64,000 nucleotides of DNA from Eledone cirrhosa (Eukaryota). Location: NCBI GenBank assembly GCA_964016885.1, contig OZ024745.1:35464001-35528000 (forward strand), read 5' to 3'. Position numbers and translations under genes: made by a program. Positions 15,070 to 31,052 of this stretch are shown piece after piece. Each line of letters begins with the position of its first letter. Within the stretch, counting starts at the first letter, position 1. Under the pieces are notes generated by a model. That model was not told the DNA's origin. It did not search any database and worked only from the letters and a program-made list of their open reading frames with translations.

Positions 15070-15944
15070 AAAATGATACATGACGTACCCTGACATGGTA
15101 GATGGTTAAGATTTAATCAAGGTAGTGATTAACTTATGAGAAAACTCAATATTTATACCCTAATATTGAGAACACGAGAGAACGTAATACGATCAATAGA
15201 GAGAGTGTGAGTAATATATTTTAAGAAAAATATGGCATCAATGTAACAGTTATAGAAAAAACTAATAGAAAAATATGCAGGAGAGGAAGACGTAGTTGAA
15301 GTTATAACTTATTTAGTATTTCGCTTGAGAAGACAAATGAAAGATAAATTAAGAGAGAGAGAGAGACAAAGGGGAGTAATTTATGCTCAAATTTCTACAG
15401 ACACATATTCATATAGGGTTGGCGGTTAATTTTCAAAATATTTAATTTATGTTATTTCAGGGTAAATAATCAAATTATTGGTTTTTAAAAGTTGATGCGT
15501 ATTTATATTAATATTACAATTTAATTATGTTAAATTTCTAAAATTCAAATTTTATGAAGACAAATTTAAAGGATTTACAAAACCCGCGAAAGAAAGGACA
15601 TATACATGTAATGTTCGATATCCCCACAAAGGTAATATTTACCAAAAATTACATATAATATTGACAACAGTTTCTATAATATAATTTATGAGATATTTAC
15701 AGTTATAACTATTAAAGAATTTATTGTTAAATAGTTAGTGTCTAAAGTATTAACACGTCTTATAATTAAACTTAAAGAGGTCAGAGTTTTCAGCCATACA
15801 TATATGTGTGTATTGATCATAATATAGCAAGACTATAATTTATTATTTGTTCACATATTGTATTAAGTAAATGATTATATAAGTTCGACCTTCCAGGGAA
15901 GACCAAACATTTATAATAATGTCATTTGAGTGTTTAAATTATTT

Positions 15945-16357
15945 ATATAAATGTAACTACGATTATGTTATTACCCTAGACAAAGATATTTGTAGAAACT
16001 ATATATAGATATACTAGGTATTAATGAAACGGTATACATTTAATAAAGAATAATAATTATAATTATAATCATTGTTATTAGTTTTATACAAATGTAACTA
16101 CGATTATCTTATACTACATAAAGATAATTGTATAAACTATATATAGATATACTAGGTATTAATGAAACGGTATACATTTAATAAGGAATAACAATTATAA
16201 TATTTGTTAGTAGTTTTTTATAAATGTAACTACGATTATGTTATTACACTAGATAAAGATATTTGTACAAACTATATATATATATATATACTAGGTATTA
16301 ATGAGACGGTATACATTTAATAAAAAATGGTGATTATAATCATAGTTAGTAGTTTTA
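15945..16357. repeat. Tandem repeat, 3 x ~132-141 bp
   Basis: aaatgtaactacgattat...tactaggtattaatgaaacggtatacatttaataa recurs at 15949, 16090 and 16222. Confidence 0.9.
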
Positions 16358-16865
16358 CTTCCAGTTCATTGGAGAAATAAACCAATATTTGTCAGTTATT
16401 ATGGTTTGTTAAATCTACATAAAAAAGCAAAGCGCAAATCTAACCTTCTGGGTCTCCAAAAACCCTCTCAAAATGAGTAAAAAAAATATATATATATATA
16501 AAATATGTAAACGTATGAATGATAGTTCAAATTAAAATCAGTAAATTTACAGGTTAGATATCTAAACTATATATTTAAAACAGAGACAGAAAAATAAAGA
16601 TCTGAATCAAAGTAAAAAATATCCAAAAAACCATAGGGCATGCATATCTATCAAATAAAACAAGTTTTCTGGTAGTTTTTTCTATAACTGTTACATTGAT
16701 GCCATATTTTTCTTAAAATATATTACTCACACTCTCTATTGATCGTATTACGTTCTCTCGTGTTCTCAATATTAGGGTATAAATACTGAGTTTTCTCATA
16801 AGTTAATCACTACCTTGATTAAATCTTAACCATCTACCATATCAGGGTACGTCATGTATCATTTT

Positions 16866-16930
16866 ATTTTATCTAATGAGGACGTACTGTTGAACTTAAT
16901 TCAGTACCTCTGAAATACGTATAATAAAAT
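16866..16930 (+). ncRNA. Type-I hammerhead ribozyme copy (core G5>A, likely inactive)
   Basis: ATTTTAT-CTAATGA-stem II-GAA-ATACGTAT-A-ATAAAAT: perfect 7-bp stem I and palindromic stem III. Confidence 0.7.
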
Positions 16931-17071
16931 TTAATTGATCACAAGAATATCTGTTTTGTTAATATTTGGAATTAATATTAATAACTCTGGAAAATATTTA
17001 CTGTAGAGTTCTTCCAATCTATTGTAAAACTCATTCTTTGATGTACTCATTGAATATTGTTTAACTCTTAA

Positions 17072-17121
<50 letters not shown>

Positions 17122-17183
17122 AAACAGTAGAAAATGCTAATATAATTTTATATGCATTTGTCAGTGTGTGTCTGCTTGTGTGT

Positions 17184-17260
<77 letters not shown>

Positions 17261-17850
17261 TTTATATGTCGATGTATAAACATGTAGTTGTTAGTGTGAT
17301 AAATATATATGCATATTGTTCCTATGTTTAAGCATGAGTCAGTGAATTTATGTTCAAATACTAACACCGTTCTTTATGGGTTTGTGTGTTTGAGTTATTA
17401 ATCGTGAATAAAGATTTTGGTTCGATACAAAATTAGTTAATGCGATTGGTCATCGAATCTAAAGTTGAAGTTATAAAAGCTGGAAAGACTAGCATGGTGC
17501 TAAACACTTGCTTCAATAATGCGGTAAATCATGTGAGCTGTGTTTGCATTTCATGCAGAAACACGCATGGTGTAAAGACGGACATTATCCCAATGCAAGA
17601 TCGCATGATAGTACTTTCCGGAAGGCGTTAGCAACAGCAGCTGCAGTAGCTGTAGCTGTATTGTCTGCTGCCTGAGTGTACAAAGAGGAAAGAGAGAGAG
17701 AGATAAAGAAAGAGCGAAATGGAAAGAAAGGGAGAAAGAAAGATACTCTAGTAAAGAGAAGGTTAAATATGGGTAGAGACTGAATTATAAAAGGATTCAG
17801 AAAATGAGAGACTGTTACAAAAGGAAGCATATTAGTAGAGAGGGAAGGAC

Positions 17851-17895
<45 letters not shown>

Positions 17896-18274
17896 TGGAG
17901 AAGGAGAGAGAGCATGATAGAAAGAGAGCGTGAGAGCACGCGCACGAGAGAGACAGAGCGAGGGGAAATGGAAGGAGCCTGGAAGGCTGCCACATAGGGA
18001 TACATGAAATACACGTGGAAAAGAGAACTGTGTGGTGAGTGGGTAATGCAATATCAGAAAGAGGCTGTGGGGTTTTAAAGGAGTTAAGGCATGAAGAAAA
18101 TAGAAGCGAAGTAATAATTGAATTAAAATATCTCTACACCTGACGATTTAAATTACAAATATATCGTATCAGAGATCCAAGAAGGGATAGCCACTAGTTG
18201 AATACACATACATAATTAAAAGAGCCAAAGTTTCAAACACGCACACAATACTAATAAATATATATATAAATATA

Positions 18275-18397
18275 TGAAAATTAGAAATTAGAAATTATAA
18301 ACTTTCACCGTATTTTAGACTAAAGAAATTTCTAGGCTAGAAATTTCTTTAGTCTAAAATACGGTGAAAGCTTATAATTTCTAATTTCTAATTTTCA
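18275..18397. repeat. Near-perfect DNA palindrome (61-bp arms, 1-nt spacer)
   Basis: tgaaaattagaa...tttctag g ctagaaa...ttttca; one mismatch. Confidence 0.95.
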
Positions 18398-18465
18398 AAC
18401 TCGCGCACCGTTTCAAAAACATACTTACATGTTTACATTTATAATTTGCTTGTATATATATATAT

Positions 18466-18819
18466 ATATATTGGTAAAAGGAAAAGAAGATGCTGACAAA
18501 TTGTTCCCAGTGAAAAATAGTTTAATTAGGAATAAGTAAAAATTAGTAATAAGTATTGGTTAGTATTCAGTTTTCGTTTTAAGTTTTTACCGGTTGCGCA
18601 TTTCTAATGTTTTTCAAAAATAATTTTGAAAAGCAAACATCACGGGCGCTCTATCTCAAACTTATTTTTGAAAAGCATTATAAATGCGCAACCGGTAAAA
18701 ACTTAAAACTAAAACTGAATACTAACCAATACTTATTACTAATTTTTACTTTTTCCTAATTAAACTATTTTTCACTGGGAACAATTTGTCAGCATTTTCT
18801 TTTCCTTTTACCAATATAT
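18466..18819. repeat. Fold-back element (164-bp arms, 26-bp spacer) between TA tracts
   Basis: 18466-18629 is the reverse complement of 18656-18819 with few mismatches. Confidence 0.93.
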
Positions 18820-19417
18820 CACAACTCGTGTGTTACTCCTCTATTCTTTTAAATATATATATATATATATATATTTAACTGTGACCCGTCTATTTCGTTC
18901 TTACTGCTTCCTCTTTCTCTGTATCTTTACCCTCTCTAACAGTCACTCTCTCTGTTAGCCTCTTCCTCACCCTTCACTCACTCACTCTCTGCTACTACCT
19001 CTCCTACTTCCTCCCGTTTGACCTGTGCGTAATTCTTTTCTCGCGCACGCTTGACCAAGCTGGTTGTTCCTTTTTTCTCTCTTGTCTACGATTTCACAGA
19101 ACTTATGTTCACCGAATTCAGGGACTAGACCCCTTCTTCCTCCCGTTTGACCCGTGCGTAATTCCTTCCTTGCTCACATTTCGACTAGGTTTGATGGTCT
19201 TTATTCTCTCTTGTTCACGATTTAACCGAACTTGTATTCATGGAAATCTGGGATTTGACTCTTTCTTCCTCACTTTTCGTTGCTTTACCATCTTTGTTTG
19301 TTTACAGTCTCGCTCGTTCCCCTTATTTACGTGTCCCAACGACTTTCTTTAGCCGTTGCTCGCACCAACCGGAGGTATATGGTCTTTAAGATCACTGATG
19401 AAGGACTAACTTCATTC

Positions 19418-19501
<84 letters not shown>

Positions 19502-20183
19502 GGTAAAGACTCTGTTCGGTTATGAATGACAATAGGCTTTACAACTATAAAGTTTCTCCTCGAGGCACAAGTTCGGGCAAGGCGTTTTGTGGAAGACCGC
19601 AATCGCCTATGCATACAAGTTTCCCTACACCACTGTTGTCCAAGGCAAAGGGAAAGTTCGATTAAGCTTTGTGCCAATGACACAGCAACTCATTTCTAAA
19701 GCTGAGTGAACTGAAGCAAAGTATAATAAAATATCTTGTTCAACGAAACAGGAATAAGTAGGTGAAGAAAAAGAAGAAATATGTATGTGCGTTTATGTGT
19801 ATAGTGTCTGTGTGCATGTGGGTCTTTATGTGTATGTATATATGTTCTGTTACAATATTACTTGGACTTCATTTATTCGAATAAGTATGTGAGAGAAATC
19901 TATACGAATATAGTTTATCGTCAGTGAATAATATGTGGTATTTAACAAAACTGCTATGGTTATATGGCCTTACTGTGTTTATTCACTTTTAACTAAGCAA
20001 AAACAGACTCTCATTGAAACTGAAACAGATAGACAGACTAAAGAAGATGAAATAATTGATAGTCACAGAATAGATTGAATGGAAAATTAAGTGAGTGAAA
20101 CAATGAGAAAAGTGAGAAGAAAAGAATTATATATCGCGATATGTAAAATTAGAGAATGTTTAAACAGAAAACAGTCATTTTGG

Positions 20184-20351
20184 TAATAATTGTTTCTCAC
20201 TTTTGGCACAAGGCCAGCAATTACCCAGTGCATTACTGGGTCTTTATTTTATCGACCCCGTAAGGATGAAAGGCAAAGTTAACCTCGGCGGGATTTGAAC
20301 TCAGAATGGCAAGGGCCGTAACTCTATACGTCAAAGCATGGCGTCCGACTC
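20184..20351 (-). mobile_element. tRNA-derived SINE copy
   Basis: Reverse complement of the 12414-12592 family. Confidence 0.85.
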
Positions 20352-20603
20352 TTGGTAATAATAAAGAGAAAAAGGAGATAAAAATAATTTTAGAGTGAGG
20401 TGGGGGGAAAGGTTGACATATAAGTATAACAGATAGTTTAGAATGAAAACAGTAAAACATAGGTGGAAATTTGGAGATATATAGATAGAAATGAGGAGAG
20501 CTACAGAAGAAAATATTTCTTAAGGTAGTTAGTAAAAAATGAGATAGTGAAAGAAAGGGAAATAGTGAGCCCCAGAGATGAGAGGAAAAGAAAGAAATAT
20601 AAC

Positions 20604-20735
20604 GAGCATAAACGTAGGTTTGCATGTATGTATGTATGTATGTATGTATGTATGTATGTATGTATGTATGTATGTATGTATGTATGTATGTATGCATGTA
20701 TGTATGTATGTATGTATGTATGTATTTATGTATGT
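20604..20735. repeat. (ATGT)n tetranucleotide microsatellite
   Basis: Direct reading. Confidence 0.95.
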
Positions 20736-20949
20736 TCTTCTGGTTTTATAATTTCACAAATTTTTACCAATAGATAGAGAGAGAGTCGGTTTCTAACATA
20801 GACACAAGACTCTCTCATTGGAATTTACACAACATCATCTAGGTAGATATGTATGCATGCATGGTATGGATGTTATTGTATGTGTGGATGTGTATGTTTT
20901 GAGTTGTATGTGTGCATGTGTATATGCTTTGTATCTGTACATGTGCAGT

Positions 20950-22186
20950 TATTAGATGCAAAATATTTGGAATGTTTTACATATTTTTACTGTTCCATTA
21001 ATGGATTGTACTTGTAATTTCCTAACTAGTTGTGTTCTTTCTGTTCCTGTGAAACCCAGCTTCTCAAGATTTGTATTGAGGCAGTTACTAACATACTCCA
21101 GTGCCCCCAAAATCACAGGCATAAATCTGAAGCTATAATCAGGGTGGAGTATCTGCAGATTTCTCATCAGTTCTGCATAAATATTCTCCTTTTCGCTAAT
21201 CTTTGATATTATATTGGCATCTTCTGGGCAGCTAACTTCCACTACTGTGCATGCCTTCTTTTCCCTGTCCCATATCACAATATCTGGTCTGTTATGCCTG
21301 CATTTTATTGGGGATTTTACTGGAACATTCCACCAGTACTCTTTCATATTATCTATATGTATGTCTTCCACATTGCTGTAGTTTTTAATGTGTTTATTAT
21401 CGGGGCTATCTTTTCTACGGATTGCATCGTAGAGTGTTTTGGTCACTACATCATGCCTTATAGGTAGATAGTACCGCGATGACATCTTTGGACAGCTGCT
21501 GACGATATGGGTGACACCATCGATGTTAATTCTGCAGATTCTACACTTGTTATCACATCTAGGTGTTTTGCCTGCATCCCTATCTCTTTTGTGAATCAGG
21601 TATTTCATGTTGATTTCCTGTTCTTGGATTACAAAACCGTATTCTTCAAAGTGGGAGCCAATATAGCGGTTGTTGGTCCAAGATAGACTACTTTCCTTAT
21701 CTATATTAGTCTGACTCTGGAGCTTCCTGGCAACATATCCATGCATGATTTGTTGCTGATAAGCATGCAGTTTTTCGTCCATGGATTCACTGCGATACTG
21801 CTGAGCGACTTCCTGGGTGTGAGTTTTTGATTATCATACAGGGATTATCTCTCGAGGTGTTCCTTCCCAACTCTCACGATCTTATCTATTTCATGCAGAT
21901 AGACTTGCTCGAGAGACGGGCTCCTACGCTTCGAGGTTCGTAGATGTTGTCGGAGGGATATGATGCGACATTCAAATGCTGTCTGGACTGATGTTAGGCC
22001 TCTGCCTCCTTGCTTACATTTCAAGTAAAGGCGGTCTATATCACTGTTGATGTGGTAGTTTCCGGTGTTGTTTAGTATTTTTCGAGTTCTAACATCAATT
22101 GCTCGGATTTCGTCTATCGTCCAATTGAGTATTTCAAACCTTGGTGTTAGGAAAGGCACAGCAAACACATTGTGAGCCACTATTTT
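20950..22186 (-). mobile_element. 5'-truncated R4/Dong-like non-LTR retrotransposon (RT thumb, CCHC finger, restriction-like endonuclease), pseudogenised
   Basis: RLYL..KQGGRGL, QEQEI..KY, CRIC...THIVSSC, RHD, NRPDIVIWD...VEVSCP, K..IY motifs; stop and frameshift at ~21810-21847. Confidence 0.88.
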
Positions 22187-22249
22187 ATGTATGTATGTAT
22201 TTATGTATGTATGTATATGAATGTATACATGTATGAATATATGAATGTA

Positions 22250-22327
22250 CAGGTTGAAAAGTTCATAGGCTGACCAAGATACTCTAATTGAATGACCAAA
22301 TGGGGTATATTTTCAACATAGTCCCCG
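22250..22327. mobile_element. Probable mariner-type terminal fragment
   Basis: ggttgaaaagttcataggctgacc...ttttcaacatagtcccc resembles mariner/MITE ends (recalled similarity only). Confidence 0.4.
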
Positions 22328-22695
22328 GAAAAGCAATGCAGTGATGAGTAATATATTGTTAGTTAAAGATAAGAGTTATTGATACACTCCACCCACACAC
22401 ACGCACAACACACACAACACACACAACACACACAACACACACACGCACAGCACACACAACGCACAACACACACAACGCACAACACACACAACACACACAC
22501 ACACACACACAAAATATATATATGTGGTCGAGAATCAGCATGCAGGAGTTTAACGAAAAAACAATTTAACCTAATAACAAATGTTTTGAAAATCCTAAAA
22601 GGAGAAATCAGGCTTTGCTAACATCAATTTTTGTACGTTATATCTCTATATCAGTTTTCATACCCTCTTTTTATCATTTTCTTTATATAATGTGA

Positions 22696-22727
<32 letters not shown>

Positions 22728-23194
22728 GTTGTTTTTCGCTAATTTCCAATAGCCGAAATACGATTTTCTCGCTAATTTATATTTGTATTAATCTCCAGAG
22801 TCTAGTTATTGACCAGTTAATTTATTGATTTTTTTTAGTTAATTCTATTGACTGCTGAATAGCTTTTGTTAATTTTAAAACCATTCTGTTGAGAACTTAA
22901 TTCGTTTTGTGATATTTTGCAATTTTGCAATAATAACACACATACTGAATTCATCCGCCAAAACTAAGAGTTGCCCCCCTTGTCGAGCCCCACGTGGGTT
23001 TTGATAACGGTCAGTCCTTCGCTTGGCACTTGAACTCTAATTGAATGACCTGTTGAGAAAGTGACTTCCTTGTTCGATCATCTTACCAAAAGCTTAACAT
23101 TCTTTGTCTAAGCAGACAGTACTTGATTTAGGAGTTGCAGAAGCCCAAATGCTGGATTTTACCAACCTTCCAGGGGTCCGCGTATAATTTTCAA

Positions 23195-23395
23195 TCATAT
23201 TTTATTTGTTTGACCCGAATTACTTGGTCGTTTCTATGGCTGTGCGGATAATGGTTTAACCATCGTCTCAGTGTGTTTGACCTTTTAACATATGTTGTAG
23301 CTCTAGTTCACTAGCTTCTATGGAGCGCTTGCCACACATCTCGGAAGTTGTTTTTCGCTAATTTCCAATAGCCGAAATACGATTCTCGCTAATTT
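23195..23395. repeat. TA-anchored interspersed repeat (also 22727-22780, 53640-53838, inverted 53903-54106)
   Basis: tttgacccgaattacttggtcgtttctatggctgtgcgg...gccgaaatacgattctcgctaattt is followed by an AT-rich/TA tract in each copy. Confidence 0.88.
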
Positions 23396-23396
23396 A

Positions 23397-23454
<58 letters not shown>

Positions 23455-23469
23455 TGCACATACACACAC

Positions 23470-23547
<78 letters not shown>

Positions 23548-24503
23548 CAGTGTGTGTATGTGCACGTGTGGGTGTTTGCGTTCGTGCACGCATCTATCTA
23601 TGTCAATACTTATTTTAATTATCATATCATAGGGAAATTTTACCAGCGAGACGAATACCAGATTACTGTTGGTTCTCGCGTCATTGGAATAGTTTGGTAG
23701 CTATAATAACTCATATTACACTCTACCAATGTACTGAATTGTGAGACTCCAGCTCACTAAAATGTCCTGCTTTCTTTTTAAACATCTTAAGCACTCCTTT
23801 ATTTGCGAAGAAAATTTCTTAGCCGCGCAGACCGTGTCTGAGAAAACATTTCATGTGCTTCTGTATTTATTCTTTCAAGTTTAACACCTGGTATCGATGT
23901 CGGTGTTAGTGATAAATACAACATCGACAAAGATGATGATAGTGATGATTAACATGATGATGATGATTCCGTGATGATGGCTGAGGTGCTTGTGTTGATC
24001 ACATAATAAGGATAATGATGATATTTGCAGCTGATAATCAATAAAGCCGATTAGGATGATTGTCACAATAAAACACAGAAGAAAAGGAAGAGCAGAGAAC
24101 GAATATGTTTGATGTAAATAACATCGATGTGGAAACGCGGAGTATTACACTTCTAACAGCAGAGGACTGTTTAAATAAACACGGCATTGGAGTAGCAAGT
24201 TATTATCGAATGTTCAGACAAAGGAAACATGAAGTTGTTTCAGAATTATCGACATTGCCATTGAATCTACGATGCAACTTCCATATAGTGACTCAACAGG
24301 CTAGAAATAGCAGTCATATTTTATTGACATCAGTATCTATTCAAATAGAATAGGTACTGCTTTTATTGAAAGTAGAACACACTTGGTGAAGTTGCCATGC
24401 AGCGAGACCGTATCCAGAACGTTGCAAAACGAAATTATTAAATGCACAGTCCTATCTACGCCTATATGCATCTCTCCCTCTCTCTCCATCTCTCTCTCTC
24501 TGT

Positions 24504-26944
<2,441 letters not shown>

Positions 26945-27629
26945 ACAATTAAGTTAAAAATGTACATCCACATATGTATACTGAAATACTAGTATGCATA
27001 TGAATACACACACGTGTACATATGTAGATGTACCGAGTTTTCACTGGTCACTTTACTGTGAGTGTCCAGCTATTCTGTATGTAAACACACAGACAAACCG
27101 GTTTTTAGAGTCATACTGGTTTTTGAGGAAACACCTTTCCTCTATTCTCCAGAAAGCCAGACAAGGAATATTGGACTAGTTTCGATGTTGTTACATCTCA
27201 TCAGCAATATTTACCTATCTTCCGGCCTCTCTAGAGAATCGTGAAAGCACATATCGCTATATGCTTTTTCCATGAAAATTAGTAGTGGGCAGACCAATTT
27301 GCATAGAGCGTGAGTACGTACCGGTTCAACGGAGACGATAAAAACAAATAATTCTGGAGAATAGAGGAAAGGTGTTTCCTCAAAAACCAGTATGACTCTA
27401 AAAACCGGTTTGTCTGTGTGTTTACATACAGAATAGCTGGACACTCACAGTAAAGTGACCAGTGAAAACTCGGTACATCTACATATGTACACGTGTGTGT
27501 ATTCATATGCATACTAGTATTTCAGTATACATATGTGGATGTACATTTTTAACTTAATTGTTTAAGCGTCAGTCATACAAAAGTGAGTTACAAACGAAAC
27601 GAAATTTAATTTCGTTTCGTTATTTGTTT
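26945..27629 (-). mobile_element. Hammerhead-bearing non-coding element, copy 2, with inverted 5' part (210-bp inverted arms 26945-27154 / 27352-27561)
   Basis: A-B-A'-C' arrangement relative to copy 1 (A-B-C); the arms appear identical; TA arrays on both sides. Confidence 0.9.
27167..27211 (-). ncRNA. Minimal type-I hammerhead ribozyme (GUC site)
   Basis: AATATTG-CTGATGA-GATGT AACA ACATC-GAA-ACTAGT-C-CAATATT; predicted cleavage between 27174 and 27173. Confidence 0.92.
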
Positions 27630-27632
27630 ATA

Positions 27633-27681
<49 letters not shown>

Positions 27682-27746
27682 ATATTTATATATATTTATA
27701 TTTATATATATATATTTATATATATATATATATTTATATATATTTA

Positions 27747-27795
<49 letters not shown>

Positions 27796-27858
27796 ATATT
27801 TATATATATTTATATATATATTTATATATATATATATTTGTATATATTTATATATATT

Positions 27859-27889
<31 letters not shown>

Positions 27890-27902
27890 ATATGTATATA
27901 TT

Positions 27903-27940
<38 letters not shown>

Positions 27941-27974
27941 TATATATATATATATATTTATATATATATAGATT

Positions 27975-28023
<49 letters not shown>

Positions 28024-28026
28024 ATT

Positions 28027-28057
<31 letters not shown>

Positions 28058-28060
28058 ATT

Positions 28061-28094
<34 letters not shown>

Positions 28095-28102
28095 TATATA
28101 TG

Positions 28103-28149
<47 letters not shown>

Positions 28150-28188
28150 GTATATATATATTTATATATATATATGTATATATATATT

Positions 28189-28245
<57 letters not shown>

Positions 28246-28528
28246 GTATATATATATTTATATATATATATATGTATATATATTTATATATATATATGTA
28301 TATATATATTTATATATATATATGTATATATATATTTATATATATATATATGTATATATATTTATATATATATATATGTATATATATTTATATATATATA
28401 TGTATATATATATTTATATATATGTATATATATATATATGTATATATATATGTATATATATATTTATATATATATATGTATATATATATATATGTATATA
28501 TATATTTATATATATGTATATATATATT

Positions 28529-28583
<55 letters not shown>

Positions 28584-28726
28584 TTATATATATATATGTA
28601 TATATATATTTATATATATGTATATATATATTTATATATATGTATATATATATTTATATATATATATATGTATATATATATTTATATATATGTATATATA
28701 TATTTATATATATGTATATATATATT

Positions 28727-28758
<32 letters not shown>

Positions 28759-29530
28759 TATACATATATTTATATATGTATATATATATTTATATATGTA
28801 TATATATATATTTATATATATATATATGTATATATATATTTATATATATATATATATGTATATATATATTTATATATATATTTATATATGTATATAAATA
28901 TTTATATATATATATGTATATATATATTTATATATATATATGTATATATATATTTATATATATATATGTATATATATATTTATATATATATATGTATATA
29001 TATATTTATATATATATGTATATATATATTTATATATATATGTATATACATATTTATATATATATGTATATATATATTTATATATATATGTATATATATA
29101 TATATATATATACATATATTTATATATGTATATATATATTTATATATGTATATATATATTTATATATATATATATGTATATATATATTTATATATGTTTA
29201 TATATATTTATATATGTATATATATATTTATATATATATATGTATATATACATTTATATATGTATATATATATTCATATATATATATTTATACATATATT
29301 TATATATGTATATATATATTTATATATATATATGTTTATATATATTCATATATGTATATATATATTTATATACATATGTATATATATATTTATATATATA
29401 TGTATATATATATTTACTTATATATGTATATATATATTTATATATATATGTATATATATATTTATATATATATGCATATATACATTTATATATATATATG
29501 TATATATATATTCATATATATATATGTATG

Positions 29531-29563
<33 letters not shown>

Positions 29564-29575
29564 ATATATATATTC

Positions 29576-29606
<31 letters not shown>

Positions 29607-29667
29607 TATATTCATATATATATATATGTATATATATATATATTCATATATATATATATGTATTTAA

Positions 29668-29707
<40 letters not shown>

Positions 29708-29711
29708 ATTT

Positions 29712-29743
<32 letters not shown>

Positions 29744-29916
29744 ATATATATATATATTTACATGTATATATATATATATTTACATGTATATATATATATA
29801 TTTACATGTATATATATATATATTTACATGTATATATATATATATTTACATGTATATATATATATATATATTTACATGTATATATATATATATTTACATG
29901 TATATATATATATATT

Positions 29917-29990
<74 letters not shown>

Positions 29991-30004
29991 CATGTATATA
30001 TATA
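27630..30004. repeat. Variant (TA)n array, ~2.4 kb (TTT, GT, TTTACATGT zones)
   Basis: Direct reading. Confidence 0.97.
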
Positions 30005-30103
30005 TCCCGGGTTCATTCGAATAAAATAGTTCCAGTCGTGTTGTAGCTATTTCTATATTAAGTAAAAATAAATTAATAAATAAATAAATAAATATATAAA
30101 TAA

Positions 30104-30575
<472 letters not shown>

Positions 30576-30588
30576 TTTTTCTTCTTTG

Positions 30589-30621
<33 letters not shown>

Positions 30622-31052
30622 TACATATATATATACATATATACAAACATATATATGTGTCTGTGCACGTGCGTGTGCATTCACAACTGTATACACAAAT
30701 ATATATATTCCTCTGTTTTCATGTGCATTTAATTTAAACGACGTTATAAACCACCGATTTATACATTCATAAATACAATAATAATTGTAGTTTCACTTTA
30801 ACTTATTTCATTAATATCATAGCATTACATTATGTTTGATAGTGAATGTACGCATTTTAATAAAATTTCAATTCGCTTTAAAAATTAATGATCTCCCATT
30901 CTCTCTTGTGACTTTCTAGGTTTCTCGTAAATTGGAAACGTTATTAGGTGAAGAAATACTGGTCTTGTTTTCCTTCTATGATTGAATGATATGATGTATG
31001 TATGTGTGTGCAACGTTGGAAATAATATGGCATATCACAGAGTGATAAAAGT

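Larger units (their letters stand above)
14957..17075 (+). mobile_element. Degraded Penelope-like element with inverted 5' pseudo-LTR (arms 14957-15272 / 16665-16979)
   Basis: ~315-bp inverted arms each containing a hammerhead; TA flanks; weak GIY-YIG-like remnant (YISST..R..IYN, 15876-15920). Confidence 0.7.

Noticed and set aside
19390-19420. CTGATGA cores here and at 34543, 41742, 54821 and 57448
   Set aside because: No matching stem II plus GAAA (truncated by TA or chance).
26994-27512. Identical 60-77 aa ORFs on opposite strands
   Set aside because: A by-product of the 210-bp inverted arms; disrupted in copy 1 at 6.7 kb.
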